A stretch of DNA of 26,643 nt from Oculatellaceae cyanobacterium (GTDB lineage Bacteria; Cyanobacteriota; Vampirovibrionia; Vampirovibrionales; Vampirovibrionaceae): positions 1 to 26,643 of the forward strand of contig DATNQC010000293.1 of the NCBI GenBank assembly GCA_036702885.1, in the 5' to 3' direction. A program made the translations under genes and the position numbers. How positions within the stretch are numbered: position 1 is the stretch's first letter; each line of letters starts with the position of its first letter. The notes under the pieces were generated by a model, which ran no database searches, was not told the DNA's origin, and worked only from the letters and a program-made list of their open reading frames with translations. Below, piece by piece: positions 8,324-18,541 of the stretch.

Positions 8324-8450
8324 AAGTCCCTCAAGCGTACCTTTCTCGTAACCGTCCGCGACTCCAGAATTATGAGATGGAGGCGGCTATTTTGCAATTT
8401 CACCAAGTCAAGCGATACTCTTTACAATACAGCAGACAGGGAAAAACAGT

Positions 8451-8720
8451 ATGCGTTTGGACAAATTCCTGAAAGTGTCTCGTTTGGTTAAGCGGCGCAC
8501 AGTGGCGGCGGAGCTTTGTCAGGGTGGTCATGTAAAGGTGAATGATAAGACGGCAAAGCCATCCGTGGAGCTAAAAGCGGGAGACACCTTGCAAATTCGC
8601 TTTGGTAATCGCTTGCTGAGCGTCAGGGTGCTTTCTGTTCCAGAAAAAGCGGTTCCTGTCCAGCTGGCGGACAGTCTCTATGAGGTGCTGGAAGAACGGG
8701 TGACGGAACCGCCGCTTTAA
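8451..8720 (+). CDS. S4-domain RNA-binding protein, YabO/RqcP (Hsp15-like) type
   Basis: MRLDKFLKVSRLVKRRTVA...NDKTAKPSVELKAGDTLQIRFGNR matches the YabO/RqcP pattern. Confidence 0.88.
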   Translation: MRLDKFLKVSRLVKRRTVAAELCQGGHVKVNDKTAKPSVELKAGDTLQIRFGNRLLSVRVLSVPEKAVPVQLADSLYEVLEERVTEPPL

Positions 8721-8798
8721 CAAGCAAACTTGGGTAGAGGCAATTGGTTTTCTTCTGGCGTTTTTCAATGTTACGAAGGCAACGTCGAGGAGTTCTAA

Positions 8799-9266
8799 AT
8801 GCACCCGTTAACCTTTGCAGGAATTACTCAAGTCATTCCCGAAAGACGCCTTACTCAGCAGGATGAAAGGGATATGGAGGAGTCTTTGGCGCTCCTGAGG
8901 TCGAGGTTTCCAGTGTTGGGTGTGGAGTGGACTATTTATAATCCCGAGAGAGATGAATTTACACGGTATGAGTTAACGAAGCAAGCGATTTCCTTTGTTC
9001 CTCGGCAAACTTGGGTTGAGGAAGGTGCGAGAGACAGATATCCTAAAGGGCTTTGGGAGATTCACACAACGGGGTGGCCCTTGCAGGAAGCTCATTTTGA
9101 TACATTGCTTTTAAAAGTGCTCGCTGAGATATTGGGAGAGACGCTGCCGGCAAATTTAAAAATTCAGCCTACCTTTGAAGAGGACCCGCCAGGGGAAAGG
9201 TTAACTTCTCAACTGGCGTACTTTCCACCCCAGATTGATAAAAATAGCCTGGTAGTTCAGGCGTAA
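8799..9266 (+). CDS. Hypothetical protein
   Basis: 155-aa ATG ORF with GAGGAG SD filling the gap between the S4 gene and eno; no family recognised. Confidence 0.7.
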   Translation: MHPLTFAGITQVIPERRLTQQDERDMEESLALLRSRFPVLGVEWTIYNPERDEFTRYELTKQAISFVPRQTWVEEGARDRYPKGLWEIHTTGWPLQEAHFDTLLLKVLAEILGETLPANLKIQPTFEEDPPGERLTSQLAYFPPQIDKNSLVVQA

Positions 9267-9275
9267 CGCAGGGCG

Positions 9276-9304
9276 TTGGATTTCCGGCGTGTTGGCAATA
9301 TAAT
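9276..9304 (+). promoter_or_regulatory. Sigma70-type promoter for eno
   Basis: TTGGAT-17 nt-TATAAT, 33 nt upstream of the eno start. Confidence 0.65.
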
Positions 9305-9334
9305 GCGGCCAAAGCATTGAGTGTGGAGTACTGA

Positions 9335-10654
<1,320 letters not shown>

Positions 10655-10690
10655 GCCGTTTGTAGGCTAGCGATCCCTCTCACGAAAAAT

Positions 10691-10696
10691 TATAAT
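10691..10696 (+). promoter_or_regulatory. Consensus -10 box upstream of hpf
   Basis: TATAAT 31 nt before ATG 10728; no clear -35. Confidence 0.45.
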
Positions 10697-10727
10697 GAAA
10701 CTGTTAATCGTGAGAGGAGCGACGCCT

Positions 10728-11168
10728 ATGAAGCTGATTGTTAACGGTCGCAATATCGAGCTGACGGAGGCTATTAAAGCTTACGTTTCGGAAAAAATCG
10801 GGCGTCTGGAGCATCATTACGATTTTATCCAGGAAATCCATGTATTTTTAAGCGTGGAGAAGAATCCGCGCATCCAGAATAACCAGCTGGCCGAGGCCAC
10901 GGTGGTTGTCAATCGCGCGGTTTTGCGTGTGGAAGTGTCCTCGCAGGATTTGTACGGCAGTATTGATCAACTGGTGGATAAGATAGAGCGTGTGCTCACC
11001 CGACATAAAACTAAGCTGTTGGGTCGCGCCAAATCCGCTAAAGGGGAGTCTATCCGCCATGCCGGCTTTGAGGAGGAAGCGGTTGCCACCGCAACGGAAG
11101 AATTTGAAGAGATTGACATGGAAGGCGTTTACCTGACCTACGAGGATGAGGGAGAGGCGGCTGGCTAG
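10728..11168 (+). CDS. hpf: Ribosome hibernation promoting factor (HPF/RaiA family); in-frame upstream ATG at 10695
   Basis: IVNGRNIELTEAIKAYVSEKIGRLEHH, SQDLYGSIDQLVDKIERVLTRHKTK; GAGAGGAG SD before 10728; acidic tail. Confidence 0.93.
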   Translation: MKLIVNGRNIELTEAIKAYVSEKIGRLEHHYDFIQEIHVFLSVEKNPRIQNNQLAEATVVVNRAVLRVEVSSQDLYGSIDQLVDKIERVLTRHKTKLLGRAKSAKGESIRHAGFEEEAVATATEEFEEIDMEGVYLTYEDEGEAAG

Positions 11169-11246
11169 CTACTACCTCTTTTTAAGCGCCTCAGCTTCCC
11201 GTGATATGATGAGTAGGTAATACAAAGTTTGGGAGGCGTGTGGCCA

Positions 11247-11612
11247 ATGGCGGAAACACCGCAAGCAGTTACTAACGAGGATAAGCTTTGGGCCGGGCTC
11301 GGTTATGCAGGTCTTGTCCTGCTGATGATCCCGACCCTTATCATTTTCTTTCTGAAAAAAGATGAGTCTGCATACATCAAATTCAATTTATTGCAGGCAT
11401 TGGGTTACGGGATCGCTTCACTGGTCCTTGGTATTCTATTTTCCATCCTGGCGACAATCCCGATTTTAGGTCTTTTGGTGATGTTCGTTCACTTTTTTGT
11501 GGGGCTGATTCTTTTTGCCTATTGGATTGTTCTGATGGTTTGGGCCTTTATGGGCAAAGAAATCCGGATTCCCTTGCTGGGAGACTTTATTGAGCAGAAT
11601 CTCATGGGCTAA
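11247..11612 (+). CDS. DUF4870-like small membrane protein
   Basis: EDKLWAGLGY, LIIFFLKKDESAYIKFNLLQAL, three hydrophobic segments, EIRIPLLGDF; GGAGG SD; TG-A-TATGAT upstream. Confidence 0.8.
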   Translation: MAETPQAVTNEDKLWAGLGYAGLVLLMIPTLIIFFLKKDESAYIKFNLLQALGYGIASLVLGILFSILATIPILGLLVMFVHFFVGLILFAYWIVLMVWAFMGKEIRIPLLGDFIEQNLMG

Positions 11613-11708
11613 GCGATTGCATCGCGCATTGGAAAGTCGAATTGCACAGGTAAGACGTGGACATAATCAAAGGTTGGCAAAATGGCGCGTGTTGTGATGC
11701 CTTCATCA

Positions 11709-13136
11709 TTAGATGGATAAGCGTCTTCTTGTTTCCAGATATTTGCGGATGAGCGTTTCGTCCAGCTTGTCAGGTGGTGCATCAATAATGGTCGCGTGAT
11801 GAAGGCGTTTGAGTGCGGAAAGCGCCTGCTGCCGTAGGGCGAGCAAATCCAGGGTGACGCCTTTTTGGTAGGCGTCAAATGCATTCGCCGGATGGCTTTG
11901 TGCTTGTCTGAGCAAGTCCGGATCGGATAGGGTCGCAATCAGCAAGGTGTGCTGGGTGGAGACCGATTTAAACGCTTGTATCAGCTGGGTTGAGGTTGAT
12001 GGATCTATGAGTTCTGTCAACAGGATGACGAGTGTTCTTCGCCGGAGTCCGCGAGCGATGAGCGGCAGGATGCGGGCATAATCCGGTTCTACTTGCTGGG
12101 CGGTTGTTTTGCTTAAACTATCCAGCAGTTTGATCCAATGGCTGGATCCTGTGCCAAACGGAACGGAACTCAAAATCCGACTGCCAAAAACGGTTGCTCC
12201 AACCGCATCTTTGCGGTCAATGGCAACCGCGCATAGCGCCAGCGCGGCGTTAAGTGCCTGATCATACCGGCTTAGGCCACCGATGGTGCTGCGCATCTTC
12301 CGCCCGGCATCTAAAAGCACCAGAATCGGCTGTTCCACCTCTAACTCAAACGTGCGAACGACGGGTTGATCGAGCCTGGCCGTTGCTTGCCAGGCCATAT
12401 TCCTGACGTCATCCCCCGGAAAGTAATGGCGAAGTCCCCGGAAACGGGTTCCTTCCGAACCAAGCGTCTGCTTTTGCAGTTCACCGGGTGCGGTTGCTTT
12501 GGAGGCGTTCACCCGCATGCGTTGAATGCGTGCCAAATCCGGAGTGACTGTGATGGTTTCCGGCCGTCCGCCCTGGAGGGTAAGCCACAATAAGCCTAAG
12601 CGGCTGCGGTAGCGCGCATGGATTTTTTCAAACGGGTACTGGCCGCGCTGAGTGGGAAAAAGCTCATAACTGTATAGCGCTTGCCCAAATGGCTGTATAT
12701 CCAACCGATTGGGGAAGACGCTTTGCCATTGTTCACAAAGTAAAACAGGTGGCACGTGGTCAAAAAGCTCAATAGAAATGGGATTATGGCTATTGTTGAG
12801 CACCTGAATCTCGACCAGACTCTTTTTGCCAATGAAGAGCTTGGGTGAAACGGTTCGACGCAGGCTGATTTGCTGTGGCGGTGCGGTGAGCATCAAGCCG
12901 TCAATGAGCAGGAGGGCCATATAAATCGGGGTGTAGGCCAAAGCGAGCCAGCTAAACCAACCCCACCATAACGAAAGTATCCAGAAGGGGATGGGCACAA
13001 GTAGCCAGACAAGTCCGGTAATGCTCGGCTTGGCTCTGCGTTGCCAGGTGAGGAGCGCAATCCCGGCTGCAATGCAGAGCAAGGGGATGGTGCTATCTTG
13101 GAAAAGGGTGAGCAGTGCCGACAGAAATTCGTTCAC
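11709..13136 (-). CDS. DUF58 domain protein (MoxR-associated vWA-like) with N-terminal TM segments
   Basis: GTRFRGLRHYFPGDDVRNMAWQATAR, PVVRTFELE, LVLLDAGRKM, ALNAALAL, RRRTLVILLTEL. Confidence 0.88.
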   Translation of the reverse strand: MNEFLSALLTLFQDSTIPLLCIAAGIALLTWQRRAKPSITGLVWLLVPIPFWILSLWWGWFSWLALAYTPIYMALLLIDGLMLTAPPQQISLRRTVSPKLFIGKKSLVEIQVLNNSHNPISIELFDHVPPVLLCEQWQSVFPNRLDIQPFGQALYSYELFPTQRGQYPFEKIHARYRSRLGLLWLTLQGGRPETITVTPDLARIQRMRVNASKATAPGELQKQTLGSEGTRFRGLRHYFPGDDVRNMAWQATARLDQPVVRTFELEVEQPILVLLDAGRKMRSTIGGLSRYDQALNAALALCAVAIDRKDAVGATVFGSRILSSVPFGTGSSHWIKLLDSLSKTTAQQVEPDYARILPLIARGLRRRTLVILLTELIDPSTSTQLIQAFKSVSTQHTLLIATLSDPDLLRQAQSHPANAFDAYQKGVTLDLLALRQQALSALKRLHHATIIDAPPDKLDETLIRKYLETRRRLSI

Positions 13137-13891
13137 GACAAGCTTTGAAAGTTGGCGCGCCGCAGCGGTGTTTTGGCGACAGGGCGCTTGAGGGGATCCA
13201 TATAAAGCCGCTTTTCGTCATCTTGGTATAGCTTAAAGTGTTCGTTTTCTTTGCCGTGGCAGAGCAGCCAGGCGCTGTAAGCGCCAATCATGGCATCCAG
13301 CACGGAACTGGGGGCCAGATTGGTTGGAATGTCTTTAAGCGCAAGTTTTTGCTTGAGTAATGCCTGCAGCGCGCGGCAACCATGCGGGCTGCGGGAGCGG
13401 AAGGGGGTGTTTAACTGGTAGCGCAGTTTGGCGTGGGGTGCAAAAAAGCTGAAAATCAAAATGCCGCGCTTCTGTACTTCATCATAAAAATCTTTAGCGC
13501 GCTGAGCGTAACGATCAGTTGGCACAGGCTCCGGGATATGGGGGCTTTTTTCCAACAGGCGCAGCGGATGCATCTTGATTTGCTGTTGACGCCACTTACT
13601 GGGAATGTTCAGGCTTTTGGGAATGTCCAGCGCAACCACGATGTTGCTTGCCGGGCCCAAATTATCCAGAAACTTCAGCAGTGCGTCGTCTTCATCCAGC
13701 TTGTCCATGCGTAGGATGTGCTTTTTGCGATCCAGAACGGCAATGCCGGTTTCCAGGGTATCAATCGGCGCCATATCAATTCCCACAAAAAGCCACTTAT
13801 TGGTCAGGCTGGCCTTGGGGGAATCACCCAAATCCTTGATTGTGATTTCATGTTTCAGGTAGATTGATGAAGCGCTCATAGCCATTATCAT
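13133..13891 (-). CDS. DUF429-like RNase H-fold protein
   Basis: FVGIDMAPIDTLETGIAVLD, VVALDIP, VLDAMIGAYSAWL; stop overlaps the DUF58 start (GTGA). Confidence 0.72.
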   Translation of the reverse strand: MIMAMSASSIYLKHEITIKDLGDSPKASLTNKWLFVGIDMAPIDTLETGIAVLDRKKHILRMDKLDEDDALLKFLDNLGPASNIVVALDIPKSLNIPSKWRQQQIKMHPLRLLEKSPHIPEPVPTDRYAQRAKDFYDEVQKRGILIFSFFAPHAKLRYQLNTPFRSRSPHGCRALQALLKQKLALKDIPTNLAPSSVLDAMIGAYSAWLLCHGKENEHFKLYQDDEKRLYMDPLKRPVAKTPLRRANFQSLS

Positions 13892-13928
13892 ACCCCATCC
13901 CCCCTAGCAATCACACGGAGAATTTGTT

Positions 13929-15029
13929 TTGCAAAAAGCCGGTATCGTTGGACTCCCCAATGTTGGCAAGTCTACCCTTTTCAATGCGCTCACTTCCTCT
14001 TACCAGGCGGAAAGCGCCAATTATCCCTTCTGTACGATCGAGCCGAACGTGGGTATTGTCAAGGTGCCGGACCCACGGCTGTGGGTGCTGAAGGATATCG
14101 CCAAAACGCAAACGGTGATTCCGGCGGTTTTCGAGTTTGTGGATATTGCCGGTCTGGTTAGAGGCGCAAGCAAAGGCGAGGGCTTGGGGAACCAGTTCCT
14201 GGCGAATATCCGGGAAGTGGATGCGATTGTCCATGTGGTGCGTTGCTTTGAAGATACAGATGTGGTGCATGTGGATGGCAGTGTCGATCCGCTGCGTGAT
14301 TTGGAAACGATCCATATTGAGCTGTGCATGGCGGATTCTGCCTCCCTGGAAAAGCGGATGGAGCGCTTGACCAAGCAGGTGAAGCAAAAAGATCCGCAAG
14401 CCACTGCTGAATTGGCGCTCTATGAAAAAATCAAGCCAATCGTTGATGAGGCGGGTGTGATTGATCCGACAGCCTTAAGCGATGAAGAACGTAAGTTGCT
14501 CAAGCAATCCCAATTGCTGTGCGCCAAACCCGTTATTTATGCTGCCAACGTGGCGGAAGGCGATTTGGCTGAGCCGGAAAGCAATCCGCATTTTAAACGC
14601 CTTCAGGAATATGCTGCCAACGAGGGGCGGATGGTCGTTCCAATTTCCGCGCAGATTGAAGCGGAATTAACGCAACTGGATGAAGCTGAAAAGGCAGATT
14701 ATTTGGCCAGCCTGGGGGTTAACTCCTCGGGTGTGGATCGCCTGATTCAGGCAGCGTTTCAGACGTTGAGCCTGCAAACTTACTTTACGGCAGGCGAAAA
14801 AGAGGTCCGTGCGTGGCCGTTTGAAAAAGGCATGACAGCGCCCCAATGCGCTGGGATCATTCACTCTGACTTTGAAAAAGGCTTTATTCGGGCCGAAGTG
14901 ACGGCATACGATGACTATGTGGCTGCCGGTGGCGAAAAGGGCGCCAAAGAAAAGGGGCTAACCCGTCTGGAAGGTAAAGACTATCTGATGAAAGATGGGG
15001 ATGTCGTCTACTTCCGGTTTAACGTGTAA
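13929..15029 (+). CDS. ychF: Ribosome-binding ATPase YchF
   Basis: [96 protein letters not shown]. Confidence 0.98.
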   Translation: MQKAGIVGLPNVGKSTLFNALTSSYQAESANYPFCTIEPNVGIVKVPDPRLWVLKDIAKTQTVIPAVFEFVDIAGLVRGASKGEGLGNQFLANIREVDAIVHVVRCFEDTDVVHVDGSVDPLRDLETIHIELCMADSASLEKRMERLTKQVKQKDPQATAELALYEKIKPIVDEAGVIDPTALSDEERKLLKQSQLLCAKPVIYAANVAEGDLAEPESNPHFKRLQEYAANEGRMVVPISAQIEAELTQLDEAEKADYLASLGVNSSGVDRLIQAAFQTLSLQTYFTAGEKEVRAWPFEKGMTAPQCAGIIHSDFEKGFIRAEVTAYDDYVAAGGEKGAKEKGLTRLEGKDYLMKDGDVVYFRFNV

Positions 15030-15054
15030 GACGGGCTGCTCATATCTTAATTAA

Positions 15055-15978
15055 TTAGGATGTGGCCAAGGCAGGCATTCCGATTGGAGCCATGACTGAT
15101 TGTGGAGCCGAAGTCTGCATGCACTGCCTTTGGAATGCCTTTAAGAATTTGGGTAAGCGCTGAAGCTGCGCCCAAAGCCAATCGGGAGTTTGTGCGTCTG
15201 GGTGTTCCTCTGGGTGCGCGATGGCATGTCGGATCTTTGCCAGGTTGCGTAAAGCGCCTTGGGCTCGACTGCTATGGGTATAGGGTTCCATTTGACTTAA
15301 GTCATAGGCGGCTGTTCCCAAAACGACCAGCGTATGGGCGAGCACCGCTCTGGTTTGCTCGAACTCTGGAGCGCTAAACTCTTTTAGATTGCGGAATTCT
15401 CTCTTGAGACGGAGGGCTTCTTGCCCATGTGTTTTTATCAGGGCTGTCAATGCATCGGGTCTTGCTGCGGGCGGAGGTGCTTTAGGAATCTTGATGTTGG
15501 GTCCTGACCACCGTTGGGGTGAGGGCGCATTCAACCAGCGATGCAAAGCAGGGGCAAGACTTTTCGTGAGCTCCCAAATAGTATTTAGATCGACTTGGTC
15601 ATGATCATGGGCAATCCGGTTTCTGATTGCCTTCAAACGTTCAACCGGAAGCCCTGGATGCTGCCGATGGAAGTCGCTCGATAATAGTTGAAATTGGTTT
15701 CCAAGTTGCTCCCAGTGGTGCAAAATGGCGTTGCGCACAAATGGATTATGAAAAAACTGGTCCTTTCCGGAGTTTCTATAGGCTTGAAGCGCGTCTAAAT
15801 GTTCTTGTATTCTCTGCAGCGTGTGTGGATCTTCCGATTTTGGAAGAGCCTTGCTGAATCGATCCCTGCCAAAGTGAACAACCGCACCCGGTGAGTGTGC
15901 GACACGAATTGCCGGTCTGGGGCGGCTACACCACGCTTCAAACGGAGATAAAAATTGAATCCCCATAGAAACCCACAA
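15055..15978 (-). CDS. Protein with two tandem DUF86/HepT-like HEPN domains (start TTG 15978 or ATG 15966)
   Basis: Domain 1 (aa about 50-150): VRNAILHHWEQLG...HPGLPVERLKAIRNRIAHDHDQVDLNTIW. Domain 2 (aa about 178-285): TRAVLAHTLVVLGTAAYDL...LRNLAKIRHAIAH...DWLWAQLQRLP. Pro-rich linker between them. Confidence 0.8.
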   Translation of the reverse strand: MWVSMGIQFLSPFEAWCSRPRPAIRVAHSPGAVVHFGRDRFSKALPKSEDPHTLQRIQEHLDALQAYRNSGKDQFFHNPFVRNAILHHWEQLGNQFQLLSSDFHRQHPGLPVERLKAIRNRIAHDHDQVDLNTIWELTKSLAPALHRWLNAPSPQRWSGPNIKIPKAPPPAARPDALTALIKTHGQEALRLKREFRNLKEFSAPEFEQTRAVLAHTLVVLGTAAYDLSQMEPYTHSSRAQGALRNLAKIRHAIAHPEEHPDAQTPDWLWAQLQRLPKFLKAFQRQCMQTSAPQSVMAPIGMPALATS

Positions 15979-16187
15979 AAATTTTTCACTTCCCTCAGCA
16001 TCAGCATACTGGATGTTATTAAAATGATGTCAATTTATGATCTTTTTGTAACAATGTGTTTGCGCGAAATATTGCCCAAACTATAGCCGCTTTCCTCGAA
16101 ACAGGATTCAGGGTAGGCTAATAACGTAAAGGGTCCAATGATGAGTATGTTGGGAGAGAATGGGTGTGCGCCATAGCTGAAGAAACC

Positions 16188-17216
16188 ATGAAGGCGATCC
16201 AAAAAACGACTCCGGGAACAGGTTTCGAGCTTGTGACAGTGCCAAAGCCGGTTCCCGACCCCAAGGAAGTTTTAATCAAAGTATCGCTGGCGTCTGTTTG
16301 TGGTACGGACTTTCACATCACCAATTGGGATGAATGGAGCGCTAATCGCATCAAACCGCCTTTGGTGTATGGGCATGAATTTTGCGGTGTGGTGGAAGCG
16401 ATTGGGGAGCGGGTGGAAGGCTTTGAGTTGGGAGATTTTGTATCTGCGGAAATGCACTTGCCTTGCGGGCATTGTTTGCAATGCCGGGAAGGGCGCAAAC
16501 ATATCTGCGAAAACGTGAAAATCTTTGGCATCGATTTGCCGGGCTGCTTTGCAGAATATATCGTGATTCCTGCCAAACAATTGATTAAGCTGCCTAGAAG
16601 CATTAAGCCGGAGTATGGGGCGCTGCTGGATTCGCTTGGTAATTCAGTGCACGCCGTCTCTCGTGCGGATGTGGCTGGGAAAACCGTACATGTGGTGGGG
16701 TGCGGTCCGTTGGGTTTGTTTGCTGTTGCTGTGGCAAAAGCAATGGGGGCGCTCAGGATTTTTGCCTCGGATATCTCGTCCTATCGGCTGGATTTGGCGC
16801 AAAAAGCCGGTGCGGATGTGGTGCTGGATGCAGGTAAGATGCAGGCCTCTGATGAAATCAAGGCAGCGACACGGGGCCATGGCGTGGATGTGGTGCTAGA
16901 GATGTCTGGAAGTCCCGTTGCAATTAATGATGCCTTCAAAAGCCTGAAACTGGGCGGCACCGTGGTGATGATGGGTATTCCGAAAGGCAATGTGGAGCTG
17001 GATATCAACAAGGACATCATTTTTAAAGAAGCTACGGTCATTGGGGTGAATGGCCGCCAGATTTTCCAGACCTGGATCCTGATGCTGGATTTGTTGGCTT
17101 CCGGCAAGCTGAATCTGGATTTCATCATTACGCATGAATTGCCGCTTTCCGCATTTGGCGAGGCAATGGAGTTAATCCGACGGGGCGAAAGCGGAAAAAT
17201 TCTGCTGAAACCTTAA
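16188..17216 (+). CDS. tdh: L-threonine 3-dehydrogenase
   Basis: CGTDFH, GHEFCG, structural Zn CGHCLQCREGRKHIC, GCGPLG, LDSLGNSVHA, GRQIFQTW; directly upstream of kbl. Confidence 0.93.
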   Translation: MKAIQKTTPGTGFELVTVPKPVPDPKEVLIKVSLASVCGTDFHITNWDEWSANRIKPPLVYGHEFCGVVEAIGERVEGFELGDFVSAEMHLPCGHCLQCREGRKHICENVKIFGIDLPGCFAEYIVIPAKQLIKLPRSIKPEYGALLDSLGNSVHAVSRADVAGKTVHVVGCGPLGLFAVAVAKAMGALRIFASDISSYRLDLAQKAGADVVLDAGKMQASDEIKAATRGHGVDVVLEMSGSPVAINDAFKSLKLGGTVVMMGIPKGNVELDINKDIIFKEATVIGVNGRQIFQTWILMLDLLASGKLNLDFIITHELPLSAFGEAMELIRRGESGKILLKP

Positions 17217-17241
17217 AGGTGTTCAATGGAGTGATTTCGAT

Positions 17242-18444
17242 ATGACAACCACGACCTCGAATCAAAGCACTCGGCTGGATTTTCTGAAAGAGGAAATTCA
17301 ACGCCTGAAGGATGAGCATTTGTATCAGACCTTGCAGCCGTTTGAAGGGCAGCAGGGTGCTGAGATTCTGATGGGTGGGCGGAAAATTTTAAACTTTTCC
17401 TCCAATAACTATTTGGGGCTGGCGAATCATCCTGAATTAATTGCGGCGGCTAAAAAAGCGATTGATGACTATGGCGTGGGCGCTGGTGCTGTGCGAACCA
17501 TTATCGGCACCATGTCTATTCATGAGGAATTGGAACAGCGTTTGGCGCAATTCAAACACTGTGAAGCAACCCTGGTGCTGCAATCGGGCTTTACGGCCAA
17601 CATGGCGGCGATTCCCCCGATTGTGGGCGAAGGGGACGTAGTGATTAGCGACGAGTTGAATCACGCCAGCATCATAGATGCCGTTCGGTTGACTCGCGGA
17701 GCAGGAAAAGATATCTACAAGCACAGCGACATGGATGCGCTGGAATCGGTATTGAAAAGGCACAAAAATGCCCGCCGTAAGCTGATTGTGACGGATGGTG
17801 TATTTTCCATGGATGGCGATATCGCCAAACTGCCCGATATTGTCGCCTTGGCTGAAAAATATGACGCCATTGTGATGGTGGATGACGCGCATGGCAGTGG
17901 AGTCATGGGGGCTAACGGACGGGGAACGGTGGATCATTTCGGCCTGCATGGGCGTGTGGATATTATTGTCGGCACGATGTCCAAGGCGTTTGGCAGCATG
18001 GGCGGTTACGTGGCGAGTACGCAGACTATGCGGGAGATCATGATCAACAAGGCACGTCCTTTGCTGTTTAGCACGCCACATCCGCCGTCGGTGACGGCAT
18101 CCTGCATTGCAGCCTTGGATGTTCTGGAGAGGGATGATTCGCTCATTCAAAAGCTCTGGTACAACACCCGTTACTTCAAAGCGGGCCTGAAGTCGATTGG
18201 CTTGCCCATTCAAAGCGAAACGCCCATTTGCCCGGTGATTGTAGGGAGCAGCGAAAATGCACAAAAACTCAGCCGCCGCCTGTTTGAGGAAGGCATTTTG
18301 GGGCGGGCGATTGTGTTTCCCACGGTGGCGCAGGATAAGGCGCGCGTACGCATCATGATTAGCGCCGTTCATACGCAGGCCCAACTGGATCGCTGTATTG
18401 AAACGTTCGAGAAGCTGGGCAAGGAGCTGGGCTTGCTTCAATAA
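17242..18444 (+). CDS. kbl: Glycine C-acetyltransferase (2-amino-3-ketobutyrate CoA ligase), PLP-dependent
   Basis: NFSSNNYLGLA, SDELNHASIIDAVRL, TDGVFSMDGD, VDDAHGSG, GTMSKAFG; operon with tdh. Confidence 0.9.
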   Translation: MTTTTSNQSTRLDFLKEEIQRLKDEHLYQTLQPFEGQQGAEILMGGRKILNFSSNNYLGLANHPELIAAAKKAIDDYGVGAGAVRTIIGTMSIHEELEQRLAQFKHCEATLVLQSGFTANMAAIPPIVGEGDVVISDELNHASIIDAVRLTRGAGKDIYKHSDMDALESVLKRHKNARRKLIVTDGVFSMDGDIAKLPDIVALAEKYDAIVMVDDAHGSGVMGANGRGTVDHFGLHGRVDIIVGTMSKAFGSMGGYVASTQTMREIMINKARPLLFSTPHPPSVTASCIAALDVLERDDSLIQKLWYNTRYFKAGLKSIGLPIQSETPICPVIVGSSENAQKLSRRLFEEGILGRAIVFPTVAQDKARVRIMISAVHTQAQLDRCIETFEKLGKELGLLQ

Positions 18445-18541
18445 GGCCCTGACAGGGAACAGGGTGCTTTTGGGTTGAGCATGGCCAGCTCGGCACTTTG
18501 ACTCGAAAAGCAGTACAATATGTTACAATTGGCGAAGCCTG

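Noticed and set aside
15795-16007. 70-aa minus ORF as a possible MNT antitoxin for the HEPN gene
   Set aside because: It overlaps the HEPN gene in another frame and has no GS..G/DxD nucleotidyltransferase motif
17437-18441. 334-aa minus-strand ORF
   Set aside because: Antisense shadow of kbl with no recognisable motifs
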